DNA of 64,000 nucleotides. Origin: a virus. Below the pieces are notes generated by a model. That model did no database searches, was not told where the DNA came from, and worked only from the letters and a program-made list of their open reading frames with translations. A program made the position numbers and the translations under genes. The stretch lies in the IMG/VR virus record IMGVR_UViG_3300009158_000001, positions 96,001 to 160,000 of that record. One strand, given 5' to 3'. Positions 10,472 through 19,268 of this stretch are shown piece by piece (the first letter of the stretch is position 1; each line of letters opens with the position of its first letter).

Positions 10472-11377
10472 TTAGTAAGAAATCATAGAGTGAGTATTGC
10501 TTAGTATAGTATTGTTTCCATACCTACCTCTTGGAGCAGTAGCCATATAAGCCTCATTTCCTAGACCTCTCATAGAAGAGTATCTTGAGTTTTCTACTGC
10601 AGCTATACTTCTTTGTTTCTGCATTTGGGCATTAGAACTAATCATGGCTGATCCTGGTCCGCGCTTCCAACTGACTAAATTCATTTTTCCCATTTTTAAA
10701 TAGTCATTGCCATCATTCAAGACACCAAGAACTCTATTGCCTGCATATCCTGCTCCAATAAGTAAACCACCTGCTACTGTGGCCCGCAAAGGATTCATAA
10801 GAGCACTGCCAATAATTCTATTAACAATTGCCATACTAACATAACCTTTTGCAGCCCCTATTAATCCACCAACAATTCCATCCTTCTTGTAACCTTCCAT
10901 AGCATCTTGCGATGCAAAATACAAAGATACGGCAGGAGGAAGTATTGTTGAGAAACCTCCACCAATTGCAAGGAATTTATTTACACTAGAACCTTTGCCA
11001 CCTAAGGCCCTATAAGCGACTCGTCTGGTGCCAGTTCCAAATCCTTGACTATTCATAATATAATCGTCCCAGGCCGTGTAAAGTTCTTTCTTACTTAAAC
11101 CTCGTCTCCAAACTGTTTCTGATCCTTGTTGCACTACAGGAGCAACATAATTATTTTGGCGAAAACCTCCATTTCTTGACCATCTTCTACCAAAATGGGC
11201 ATTAAAATGACTACCATCTGCGCCCATACGACGATTAAAACCCCAATCATTAATGACAGAAGACATTGCTCCTGCCAATCCTTTTGTTGTAAGTTCTAGT
11301 TCATTTTCAATAAAGCTAGCACGAGAGTTGAAATTATCATTAATCCACTGCCTTTGCGTTTCAAATCTTCTTGCCAT
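10472..11377 (-). CDS. stand-alone copy of the shared C-terminal domain
   Basis: 301 aa; IENELELTTKGLAGAMSSVINDWG...GLGNEAYM, with Gly-rich hydrophobic helices. Confidence 0.7.
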   Translation of the reverse strand: MARRFETQRQWINDNFNSRASFIENELELTTKGLAGAMSSVINDWGFNRRMGADGSHFNAHFGRRWSRNGGFRQNNYVAPVVQQGSETVWRRGLSKKELYTAWDDYIMNSQGFGTGTRRVAYRALGGKGSSVNKFLAIGGGFSTILPPAVSLYFASQDAMEGYKKDGIVGGLIGAAKGYVSMAIVNRIIGSALMNPLRATVAGGLLIGAGYAGNRVLGVLNDGNDYLKMGKMNLVSWKRGPGSAMISSNAQMQKQRSIAAVENSRYSSMRGLGNEAYMATAPRGRYGNNTILSNTHSMISY

Positions 11378-11378
11378 C

Positions 11379-13604
11379 TTAACCTCTTCTTAAAGCTGAA
11401 AGAGCTAGTGTAAGGTTTCCAGTGTCGTTATACTTACCCGGAGTATGCCGTCCTCTTGTTGGGCTCATAGAAGGATTTGTAAAGTAATTTTCTTCTATAT
11501 CATTCAAGCCAATGGCTCCTGGGTTTGTCATTCTTACTCTTTCACTTGAATCGGCTTGCATCTGAGCTTGAGCACTCATGTATTTATCTCTTGCCCCTGT
11601 CAGTACATTTGCTGGATGGTCAAGGCCTCCATTTGTTGCACTGCTCATTGCTCCAGTATAGGCAGCCACACCAGCGGCACCCGCAAAGACTGCAGCACCA
11701 CCCAGACCAGACATACCGCTTTTAAAACCTGACATTGCAGGTCCATGATGCTGCGGCACATCAAGTATTGAAGCTTCAGTCTCATCTGCCATACCCAGAT
11801 AGTTTGGATTTCTTCTGCGAAAAAATGAGGAACTTTCCGCTTTTGCTTCAGGTGCAACGTTTTCTTTGTAGAAACTTCTCGTTGCACTCATGCTTTTCTG
11901 TACACCGGCTGCTGCCTGGCCACCATAGAATGCTGCTAAGTTTGGAAGCTCTGAAATAGTTTTACCAGGCCGATTTTGATTTAAATCTGCACCAGTGTTG
12001 TAGTTAACAAAGTCGTTTGCGCTTTGTTGTACTTTATTGTCTAATGAATTTAATTCTCCACCTTGAGTATATCGAGTTTTATCTGCAGGTGACATATCTC
12101 TAAGTCTTTGATTTGATTCACTTTTAGACATGCCTGATATGTCGTCTGTTGTCTGAGAGTGGAATGCTCTTGCATTATCAGGAGTGTAAGCCCCAGCTTT
12201 CGTAATTTGCTCTTCTAGACCTGTACGTTGACGGCTTGCATCTTCCATTGTGTCAAGACTTGCCTTTAAGCCACTTTCATTAGCAGTCTCACTCAAAGCT
12301 CTTGTACCTAGCTGTGAACTTTCCGCCCATCCTTGACTTTCAACTCTGTCTCCTACTTTCATTCCTTGAAGAAAACTACTAGTCAACGACTTAGTGCCAG
12401 AGCCACCAAACATTCTTTGTCCGCCTTTAACTGCAGCAATACCTACTGCGCCTACTGCCGCTCCCTTCATTGCTCCTTGAGTAAAAGCCTTTGCAGTACC
12501 CGTAGCCTTAAGTCCTTGAAATTCTTGATCTTTTGAGTTGTCATATGCCATTGCCCCTTGGACGCCACCAACCGCTGCACCTATAACTGGTGCTGCTGCA
12601 AAGTCTGCAAGATGACTAGCTCCTGTCCCTTGTTTACTTAAAGGTCCAAAGTCTTTATTCATACCTTGATTTGGGCTTGCAATTGAATTTGCTTTTTGGC
12701 CTAGTTCATTGTAGTCAGTCTGAGTCTCTGCTTCCTGCTCAATTGTCTGACCAGCAGCTGTTTTTCTTTGAGTTGACTTTTGTGTTTTTTCCTCTTGCTG
12801 AGTTGTTTCTCTGCTCTCTTGTTGTTCTCTTTTTGCTTCTTGGTATGCCTTCCTATTTTCTTTTCTCTTCTTTGGATCTGTCTCAGGAGCGGTTCTTTCT
12901 TGCCGCTTCATATCAGCAATTTTTTGTCCTTCACTCTCAACATCGTCTGCATATAATGCTGCTTCGTCTACTTTTTCAGGCGGTGGCTTAGGTTTGCTAA
13001 TCTCAGCCTCTTGCTCTTCAAACTGTTGTACTGCGCGTTTTTGTGCAGGACTATAATTGCTTGGATCATCCTCCATTACCTTTCTAGGTGGAGCAGGCTC
13101 TGCCATTTGTCGAGGAGGAGTTACTTTACTTGCTTCTTGTGCTGCTATTTTTTCTTCATTAGTAGAAAATTTTGCAAAGTCTTGAGCTATGTCTTCCCCT
13201 TTAGGTAAAGCTTTCTCAAGTAATGAGCCTATTCTTCCGGCACGTCGACCTGCAAATGCACCAAGTGTTGCTCCAACAGTCATTGTTGTACTAAGATTTC
13301 CTGGATCTCCTGAAAGGATTGAAGCTCCTAAGCCAGCAAATGCTCCTATCGCAGTACCTGCAAGAATTGCCGAACCGCCCGCCACTCCTTTCTTACTAAA
13401 TGTAGGACTGGCGCTAGCAGCTTCTTGGACTCTCTGATTTATAAATTTCTTAAAACCAGAACTTTCTTTTATGCCAAGAGCTGCTGTTCCTTGTTGTTTT
13501 AGAAGAGCTTCATAAAGAGTATTTCCAATTTCATGTTTTGCTGCACGTGTGCTAGACAGCAATGCTCCAATGAATGTCAATGTTTCTGTAACAAAATTTG
13601 CCAT
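11379..13604 (-). CDS. Gly/Ala-rich putative internal virion/ejection protein
   Basis: 741 aa with glycine-zipper-like segments and low-complexity charged linkers, located in the packaging operon. Confidence 0.55.
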   Translation of the reverse strand: MANFVTETLTFIGALLSSTRAAKHEIGNTLYEALLKQQGTAALGIKESSGFKKFINQRVQEAASASPTFSKKGVAGGSAILAGTAIGAFAGLGASILSGDPGNLSTTMTVGATLGAFAGRRAGRIGSLLEKALPKGEDIAQDFAKFSTNEEKIAAQEASKVTPPRQMAEPAPPRKVMEDDPSNYSPAQKRAVQQFEEQEAEISKPKPPPEKVDEAALYADDVESEGQKIADMKRQERTAPETDPKKRKENRKAYQEAKREQQESRETTQQEEKTQKSTQRKTAAGQTIEQEAETQTDYNELGQKANSIASPNQGMNKDFGPLSKQGTGASHLADFAAAPVIGAAVGGVQGAMAYDNSKDQEFQGLKATGTAKAFTQGAMKGAAVGAVGIAAVKGGQRMFGGSGTKSLTSSFLQGMKVGDRVESQGWAESSQLGTRALSETANESGLKASLDTMEDASRQRTGLEEQITKAGAYTPDNARAFHSQTTDDISGMSKSESNQRLRDMSPADKTRYTQGGELNSLDNKVQQSANDFVNYNTGADLNQNRPGKTISELPNLAAFYGGQAAAGVQKSMSATRSFYKENVAPEAKAESSSFFRRRNPNYLGMADETEASILDVPQHHGPAMSGFKSGMSGLGGAAVFAGAAGVAAYTGAMSSATNGGLDHPANVLTGARDKYMSAQAQMQADSSERVRMTNPGAIGLNDIEENYFTNPSMSPTRGRHTPGKYNDTGNLTLALSALRRG

Positions 13605-16600
13605 TATCGTCTTTCCTTACCACGGCCTCGGTTTCTTTGCATGCTGCCCATTAATGCAGCCTGTTGCATCTCTGCCATCATTAATTTTCTACTATTACCA
13701 GACTCAGAAGAAGTAATAGGTGTAATTGAGTTGAGCTGAGAACTAGAACTGGTTAAGTTATTTATACTATTTAACTCTGGAGATTGATCATATCTTTCAA
13801 TCATTTGAGACTCAGATGTGCCTGGGCTTTTATCAAAATGAAAACGATTATAACTAAAAGCACTTAAAGTATTCCATCCTTTTCTTTCAGCTCCACCCAT
13901 TCCGCTTTGAGCTCCAAAATAGAAAGGCTGACTCCACATGCCCTTGCCTTTGCTTTTTGCAGAGTATTCAGCTTGCATATAAGCTGTTTGGCTAACTAAA
14001 TCTTCCGTAGATTTTTCTCTAAAAAGAACTGAACCAAGTCCCTGCTTAACCATTTCATATGAATAGTTTGTTCCTTCTTGGTCTGTTATAAGACCAACTG
14101 AACGACCAAAAGTTTGTCTTCCGCCAACTACAACTTGAGATCCTGTTCTTGCAGATAAAACATTTGTTAAGTAATTTTTACCAGGTTGAGCATATGCCAT
14201 TTCTCCTGGCCCAGTACCTACTCCTTCGTGAGCTGTTTCAGGGGTGTCAATGCCAGATACGCGCACACTACCTAGCTTTCTTCTGCCCATGCCAAGAAAG
14301 CCTTTGCTAATCAATTCAACTGTATCACCGTCACCAACCGCGTAGTCAACCTTTGCACCATCAACTGCCTGGAGTGCAACACCAGCATCATTTGTTTTGT
14401 CAATTGGTGCAGTGTATGAAGTCAAAGCACTCTTAATATCTCCGCCAGCGGCATAGTTACCGCCTTCTAAGATTTGTTTCTCATCACCACTCTTTTTTAA
14501 AATTGCTTCAGTTGTTGGTTTCCAACTAGGTTGATCAATCATGTAATCGGCTGCAAGAGCAAGCCCAGCACCAACTATTCCACCTATAGCACCAGCAGTT
14601 CTTCCTACATTAGAAACAAACCAACTTGCGTCTTTCAGCGCAGATACCGCAATCTTTCCTCCCGCACCCGCAGGAGAAACAGCATTCGCAAGAAACCTAT
14701 CTGCGGTTTCTCTCTGTAGTTTTATTTTTCCTAATCCTTGCATTGTCAGGCTAGCCATCGCCTTAAAGTGACCAACACTTTGAGGTCTTGCAAATTTAAC
14801 AGCACTTAAAGAACTACTCAATTCATGTAGTCCTCTACCTAGACCTCCTATAGTCAGACCATATCCCTTAGAGGAAACATTCTTAAAAATTTGATCTAGA
14901 GTTCCTTTAGTCTGTTCTATTATTTGCCGGGTAAGAGCTCCATCACCTTGATCAAATCTCAACTTTAATTCATCAGTCAATTTCTGTCCAAGACTTCCAT
15001 TTGGTTCCCGAAGTCTTCCTGTTAAAGTCTCAAACCTTTCCATCAAACTTTCTGGAGTTAATCCCCTACTCGCAATGCTTTCACTCTCAGCATACTGCCC
15101 AACCATATGTTCAAAAACACGCCTATGCGCTGTTTCCGCACTTGCACCGCCTGCAATCAAGTCTGCGTGCATTTTCTTCATATCGTCTACTAGATGATAG
15201 TCATGCGTCTTATTAAAGAAAGAGTATGTTGCTCCATCCTTTGTAACTTTTTCATGCCGGACTTGGCCTTGTCGAGTTCCAAGGTTAAATGGCTCGTAGG
15301 CATCAGTCTGAATATTGATTGGTTCAGTGTGATATTGAATTTCACCACTCAAATCAGCAACTGGCATAGGCCTATTAACTATAACTTCATCTACTATGCC
15401 TTCCGCGTTTTCTAATTTAATAACCTTTCCTGGCTTTTCATCTGGATAAGGCAATTCTCTTTTGATAATAGGATTACCTTCTTCGTCCAATTTTAAAGCA
15501 TCAACAGTTAATTCCTTTTTTGCATCAAACAAAGATGCTTGTCCAGATACCAGATTAGCAGTCTCATGAATCCTAAGAAGTTCCTTGTCAATGTTGTAAT
15601 TTTTTGTTACATCACCTATTGTTCCCTGATTCCATCTGGCAAGAAGAGGATTTGCACTGCTTTCATCTACATCAAAAAGAACTCTACCTTGTGCATCTGT
15701 TGTTATAGGCTCAAGTTCCGTATCTTTCAAGTATGAAGTAAGACTTAGCCATCCTCTTTTCTTGCTGTCAAACAGTATACTTGTTGCCGCAATAAGGGAC
15801 TTCATCTGTCCACCAATTGACGCGGTTTCTTTTCCTTGGTTTACGGTATAGACATCTTTAACTGTTTCATACAGTTTTGCATCTGTTAAAAGTTTTCCCT
15901 GAAGAACTGTGTCCATCAAAGCTAAATGCTCTTCCTTTGCTCCATAGAAGGCCCTAGATGCCCAGTCAATTTTTGTACCAGAAAATACATCTGGCCCTGT
16001 TGGAATATATCCAGTTTGCATAAGACCAGAAAATAACATCTTAGTAAGTTCAAGCTGATCTTTGTTATGAAGTCCTTGTCCTATATTTTTTTCCCACATT
16101 GGGAAAAGACTAATCATTTCATTGGTTTTCCCTTCCATTCTTAATCTATCCACACCTTGTGTATAGTGATAGTTGGTAGGATCCATAATGTTTCTTTTAT
16201 ACTGTGACTTCCAGTATGCATCAAACATTTGTCTAATTTCTGATAGATCTTGAATTCCTTCTGGTCCAGTCCTGAAAGCTTTCATAATATCAGGATCTTG
16301 ATTTAAAGGAACACGGTCCTCTGGGAACATTGCTACATTGTAATTGCCTTTGAAATCCCTGACATGCGCTCCTATTCCGTCATCTGCTGGTCGAATAACA
16401 GATATCTGTCTTTCTCCTGCGTCATCCACAGAAGGAACAATAGCGGTAAAGAATTTATTCTTGTTTGGTAATTTGCTTTTATCAGAAACATTCTGGGTAA
16501 AGTATTCCCAAAGTTTGCCAAGTCTGAAGGATTCAAAGGTCATATTTGCAGCAATTAATGCTTTATTATTGTCACTTCCTTGCTTCGCAAATATCATAGA

Positions 16601-17593
16601 CCACTTAGCAGCTTCTCTTTGGCTATAAATACGCTGGCCGTCTGCAAGTTCAACAAACCCTTGCTCTTCTAGTTTTTTAAAGATGCCTGTAATCTTCTCA
16701 TCATCTATGGCACCATCAGCACCTGCATTTTCTTCATAGAACTTTTTAAGGAAATCATATTTACTTTCTGCCCATCCTCCAAAGAGTGTTCTGAAACTAT
16801 CTAAGCTTTCAGGGGTGTGCTCAACAACTCTATATGTTCTTTCTCTTGCTTCACCTGCGGCATTCTCCGCTGCAGTGTCAGTAAGCAAAGCAGTAGGCAT
16901 CATATCTAAAGCAAGAAATCCTTTTTCCATTTGCTCAGAAGGTGACATCCGAGTAATCGAAGTTCTACCTTCTTGGGTTGAAATTAACTTGTCGATCTGA
17001 TTTAGATTTTCCATATCAATCATGGCAAGCTGAAGTATTGGAGCATTTCTTCCAAGACCACCAGTCTCAATGTCCACAATCATAGCATTTCTAATAATGT
17101 CAGGTGTCTTAAAGTTAAAGACTGACATTGCCGAAAGTTTTAATTTTAAATCCCTAATGCCTTGACTTGAAGCTCCACTCAGTATTTGTCCAAAAGTATC
17201 GCCTTGGCCTGCTGCAGCATAAGATGCTAATTTCGCAGTTACATCTTTAAATAATGCTGTCTTTTCTGCAAGTACAGTCTCTGTAAAGTTAATAAAGTTT
17301 TTACCAGGAGCAGCACCAATTAACTGTGCGCCCTTGCCTATCGCAGTATCTGTAGCAGTCATCAAGTACTGCTTGAAATTAGTCTTATCGTTTAGCGCTT
17401 TAACAACCTCAGATCCAAATCTGAATGTTCCTTTAGCAATACTTTTAACAAGAGTAAAAGTACCACGTGCACTAGCATCAACTTCAGAAAGATAGTTACT
17501 ACCTCTGTACTTGCCTGCCAAAGCAGTGATTCCTTTTATAGGATCTGCATCTGGATTTAAAAGATAATCTTTTAATGTGTATGCAGAGGCCAT
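13604..17593 (-). CDS. DEDDh 3'-5' exonuclease-like plus C-terminal staphylococcal-nuclease (SNase) fusion protein
   Basis: MIVDIETGG (ExoI), ANMTFE (ExoII-like), EHLALMD (ExoIII); GDGDTV...VRVSGIDTPE...TFGRSVG...MVKQGLG...AKSKGKGMW (SNase). Confidence 0.75.
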   Translation of the reverse strand: MASAYTLKDYLLNPDADPIKGITALAGKYRGSNYLSEVDASARGTFTLVKSIAKGTFRFGSEVVKALNDKTNFKQYLMTATDTAIGKGAQLIGAAPGKNFINFTETVLAEKTALFKDVTAKLASYAAAGQGDTFGQILSGASSQGIRDLKLKLSAMSVFNFKTPDIIRNAMIVDIETGGLGRNAPILQLAMIDMENLNQIDKLISTQEGRTSITRMSPSEQMEKGFLALDMMPTALLTDTAAENAAGEARERTYRVVEHTPESLDSFRTLFGGWAESKYDFLKKFYEENAGADGAIDDEKITGIFKKLEEQGFVELADGQRIYSQREAAKWSMIFAKQGSDNNKALIAANMTFESFRLGKLWEYFTQNVSDKSKLPNKNKFFTAIVPSVDDAGERQISVIRPADDGIGAHVRDFKGNYNVAMFPEDRVPLNQDPDIMKAFRTGPEGIQDLSEIRQMFDAYWKSQYKRNIMDPTNYHYTQGVDRLRMEGKTNEMISLFPMWEKNIGQGLHNKDQLELTKMLFSGLMQTGYIPTGPDVFSGTKIDWASRAFYGAKEEHLALMDTVLQGKLLTDAKLYETVKDVYTVNQGKETASIGGQMKSLIAATSILFDSKKRGWLSLTSYLKDTELEPITTDAQGRVLFDVDESSANPLLARWNQGTIGDVTKNYNIDKELLRIHETANLVSGQASLFDAKKELTVDALKLDEEGNPIIKRELPYPDEKPGKVIKLENAEGIVDEVIVNRPMPVADLSGEIQYHTEPINIQTDAYEPFNLGTRQGQVRHEKVTKDGATYSFFNKTHDYHLVDDMKKMHADLIAGGASAETAHRRVFEHMVGQYAESESIASRGLTPESLMERFETLTGRLREPNGSLGQKLTDELKLRFDQGDGALTRQIIEQTKGTLDQIFKNVSSKGYGLTIGGLGRGLHELSSSLSAVKFARPQSVGHFKAMASLTMQGLGKIKLQRETADRFLANAVSPAGAGGKIAVSALKDASWFVSNVGRTAGAIGGIVGAGLALAADYMIDQPSWKPTTEAILKKSGDEKQILEGGNYAAGGDIKSALTSYTAPIDKTNDAGVALQAVDGAKVDYAVGDGDTVELISKGFLGMGRRKLGSVRVSGIDTPETAHEGVGTGPGEMAYAQPGKNYLTNVLSARTGSQVVVGGRQTFGRSVGLITDQEGTNYSYEMVKQGLGSVLFREKSTEDLVSQTAYMQAEYSAKSKGKGMWSQPFYFGAQSGMGGAERKGWNTLSAFSYNRFHFDKSPGTSESQMIERYDQSPELNSINNLTSSSSQLNSITPITSSESGNSRKLMMAEMQQAALMGSMQRNRGRGKERR

Positions 17594-17605
17594 CTATCTT
17601 CTTAC

Positions 17606-18919
17606 TTATTCATCATAGTCAAAGGGATCATCTTTATTATCTCTTATTAGACTATTAATCTTACTTAATGCAGCAGACATTTTTGTCATAGTTGAACTAA
17701 CACTCTCAACCTTAGTAGACTCCATCTTAGCCTTAGCATTTAACTTGGCTTCTGGGGTGCTTAACAGTTCCTTCATTAGCTGACTGCGCATCTTTTGGAA
17801 ACGTTCCTTTAACGCAAAAGCAGGATGTTCCTTCATCGCAGTCTTAACAGGATTGCCGTGTAAGTCGCTACTTAGTACAGCCTCCTGCATCAAGTCTCTA
17901 CCCTCGCCAAGGCTATCTCCTTGACTTAATAGCATATTAACCCGGATCTCATAGATATCCAGTTCGGCAAGCTTAGTCGCCAAGCTAATAACACTAGGAG
18001 TAATATTATTCATATCTCTAAAGTTCTCACTACAGTATTGCTTAACCTTAACCTGGAGAATACTTGCTTCTACGGGGCAAGGTTGCAGTACTGGGAATTT
18101 ACTAGAGGCAAGATCAACACTTCCATTGTCTCTCTTAACAGCAAACCAGCATGAGCTGCGAATAGGGCAACTCTCATATCCTTTACATATTAAGGGCACA
18201 CTAGCATAAGTACCATGCTTAACAGCAGCAAGGTGCGACCTCATTCTAGCAGCACTCTGAGGTGTTATATGTAAGTCCTTATATAAGTCAGGATCACTAC
18301 CAAGAAAAGTCCCAAGACTACTGTTAGAGAAGAAAGCATTAACATCTATAGTATTAGGATCACTGGCGTCTAAGGCACTCTGAAAAGCTTCCTTAAGACT
18401 GATACTCGTAGCACTACTTTGATCAAGAGGCTCAGCCCTCTCTAGTAAATCTAAGTCACTATCTAGTATCTCCCCCACCCTATCAAGTAGCACTTGTGTA
18501 CTGGCCTCCACGCCGCCAAGACCATTAGTATTACGGTTCCCAGAGACCATACTAGAGTCCTTTAACAGGGGGCTAGTCTTAGTAAAGGACTTATCCTCAC
18601 TGATAGACATCTCCCTAGTAGGAAGGCCCTTTGCTGTCTCAGCTACGCTAATGTTAGTATCCTCTAAAGCCTGTAAGTCAAAAGGCATACCGTCTTCCTT
18701 AGGGGAAAACTCTAACGAGTTCCCCAAGGTGTATGGGTCAATAACTTGTCCAGATAACGTTCCAGTATAAGTAGGCTGAGAAAGCCGCGCCGCATTCTTA
18801 TATAGATTATCGGCTCCACGCCCTGCACTGTTGTCGTGGGAAGATCTAGGCTTCTTACCATTAGCCTTGTTTATATCATTGTAATGAGCCAAAACAGAGT
18901 ACTTCTTACTAGTAATCAA
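17606..18919 (-). CDS. putative terminase small subunit (P27-like C-terminus, Cys cluster); start uncertain
   Basis: C-terminal KEHPAF...KELLSTPEAK resembles the P27-family HPA...ELGLTP motif; first gene of the operon containing terL. Confidence 0.5.
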   Translation of the reverse strand: MITSKKYSVLAHYNDINKANGKKPRSSHDNSAGRGADNLYKNAARLSQPTYTGTLSGQVIDPYTLGNSLEFSPKEDGMPFDLQALEDTNISVAETAKGLPTREMSISEDKSFTKTSPLLKDSSMVSGNRNTNGLGGVEASTQVLLDRVGEILDSDLDLLERAEPLDQSSATSISLKEAFQSALDASDPNTIDVNAFFSNSSLGTFLGSDPDLYKDLHITPQSAARMRSHLAAVKHGTYASVPLICKGYESCPIRSSCWFAVKRDNGSVDLASSKFPVLQPCPVEASILQVKVKQYCSENFRDMNNITPSVISLATKLAELDIYEIRVNMLLSQGDSLGEGRDLMQEAVLSSDLHGNPVKTAMKEHPAFALKERFQKMRSQLMKELLSTPEAKLNAKAKMESTKVESVSSTMTKMSAALSKINSLIRDNKDDPFDYDE

Positions 18920-18921
18920 AC

Positions 18922-19185
18922 TAAAGTTTAAACTTTATTAACTTGATACCATAAGGAGCCTTATATATGTATAAGGACAAAACCTCTATATATATTTGGG
19001 GAAAAAATCTAGGGGAAAAGCTAGGGGGAAAGGGGTATAGGTCTGGGAAAGACGTAGACTTGCCTAAAGAACTCTATATAGGTTTATATATTTATATTTT
19101 TATTTTTATGGAAAAGAGTGGGTACTTTATATACTGGGACCCTTAAACAACCCATACCCCTATTCGTTTTAGCCCACCCCCTTTA
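18922..19185. other. divergent intergenic region with 16-bp palindrome, G-tract run and C-tract run; candidate packaging/terminus site
   Basis: TAAAGTTTAAACTTTA 18922-18937; G tracts at 18998, 19012, 19024, 19032, 19045; strand and composition switch here. Confidence 0.45.
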
Positions 19186-19268
19186 AACGTAAAACTCTGA
19201 CCGTTAGGGTGGGACATTGGGTTCCAAAAAGCCCTGCAATTGAGCAGGCACGCGTCTAGGAGTCTGCC

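Noticed and set aside
107-17000. Short plus-strand ORFs in the left arm and minus-strand ORFs in the right arm
   Set aside because: Antisense to well-supported, tightly packed genes; no SD or recognisable motifs.
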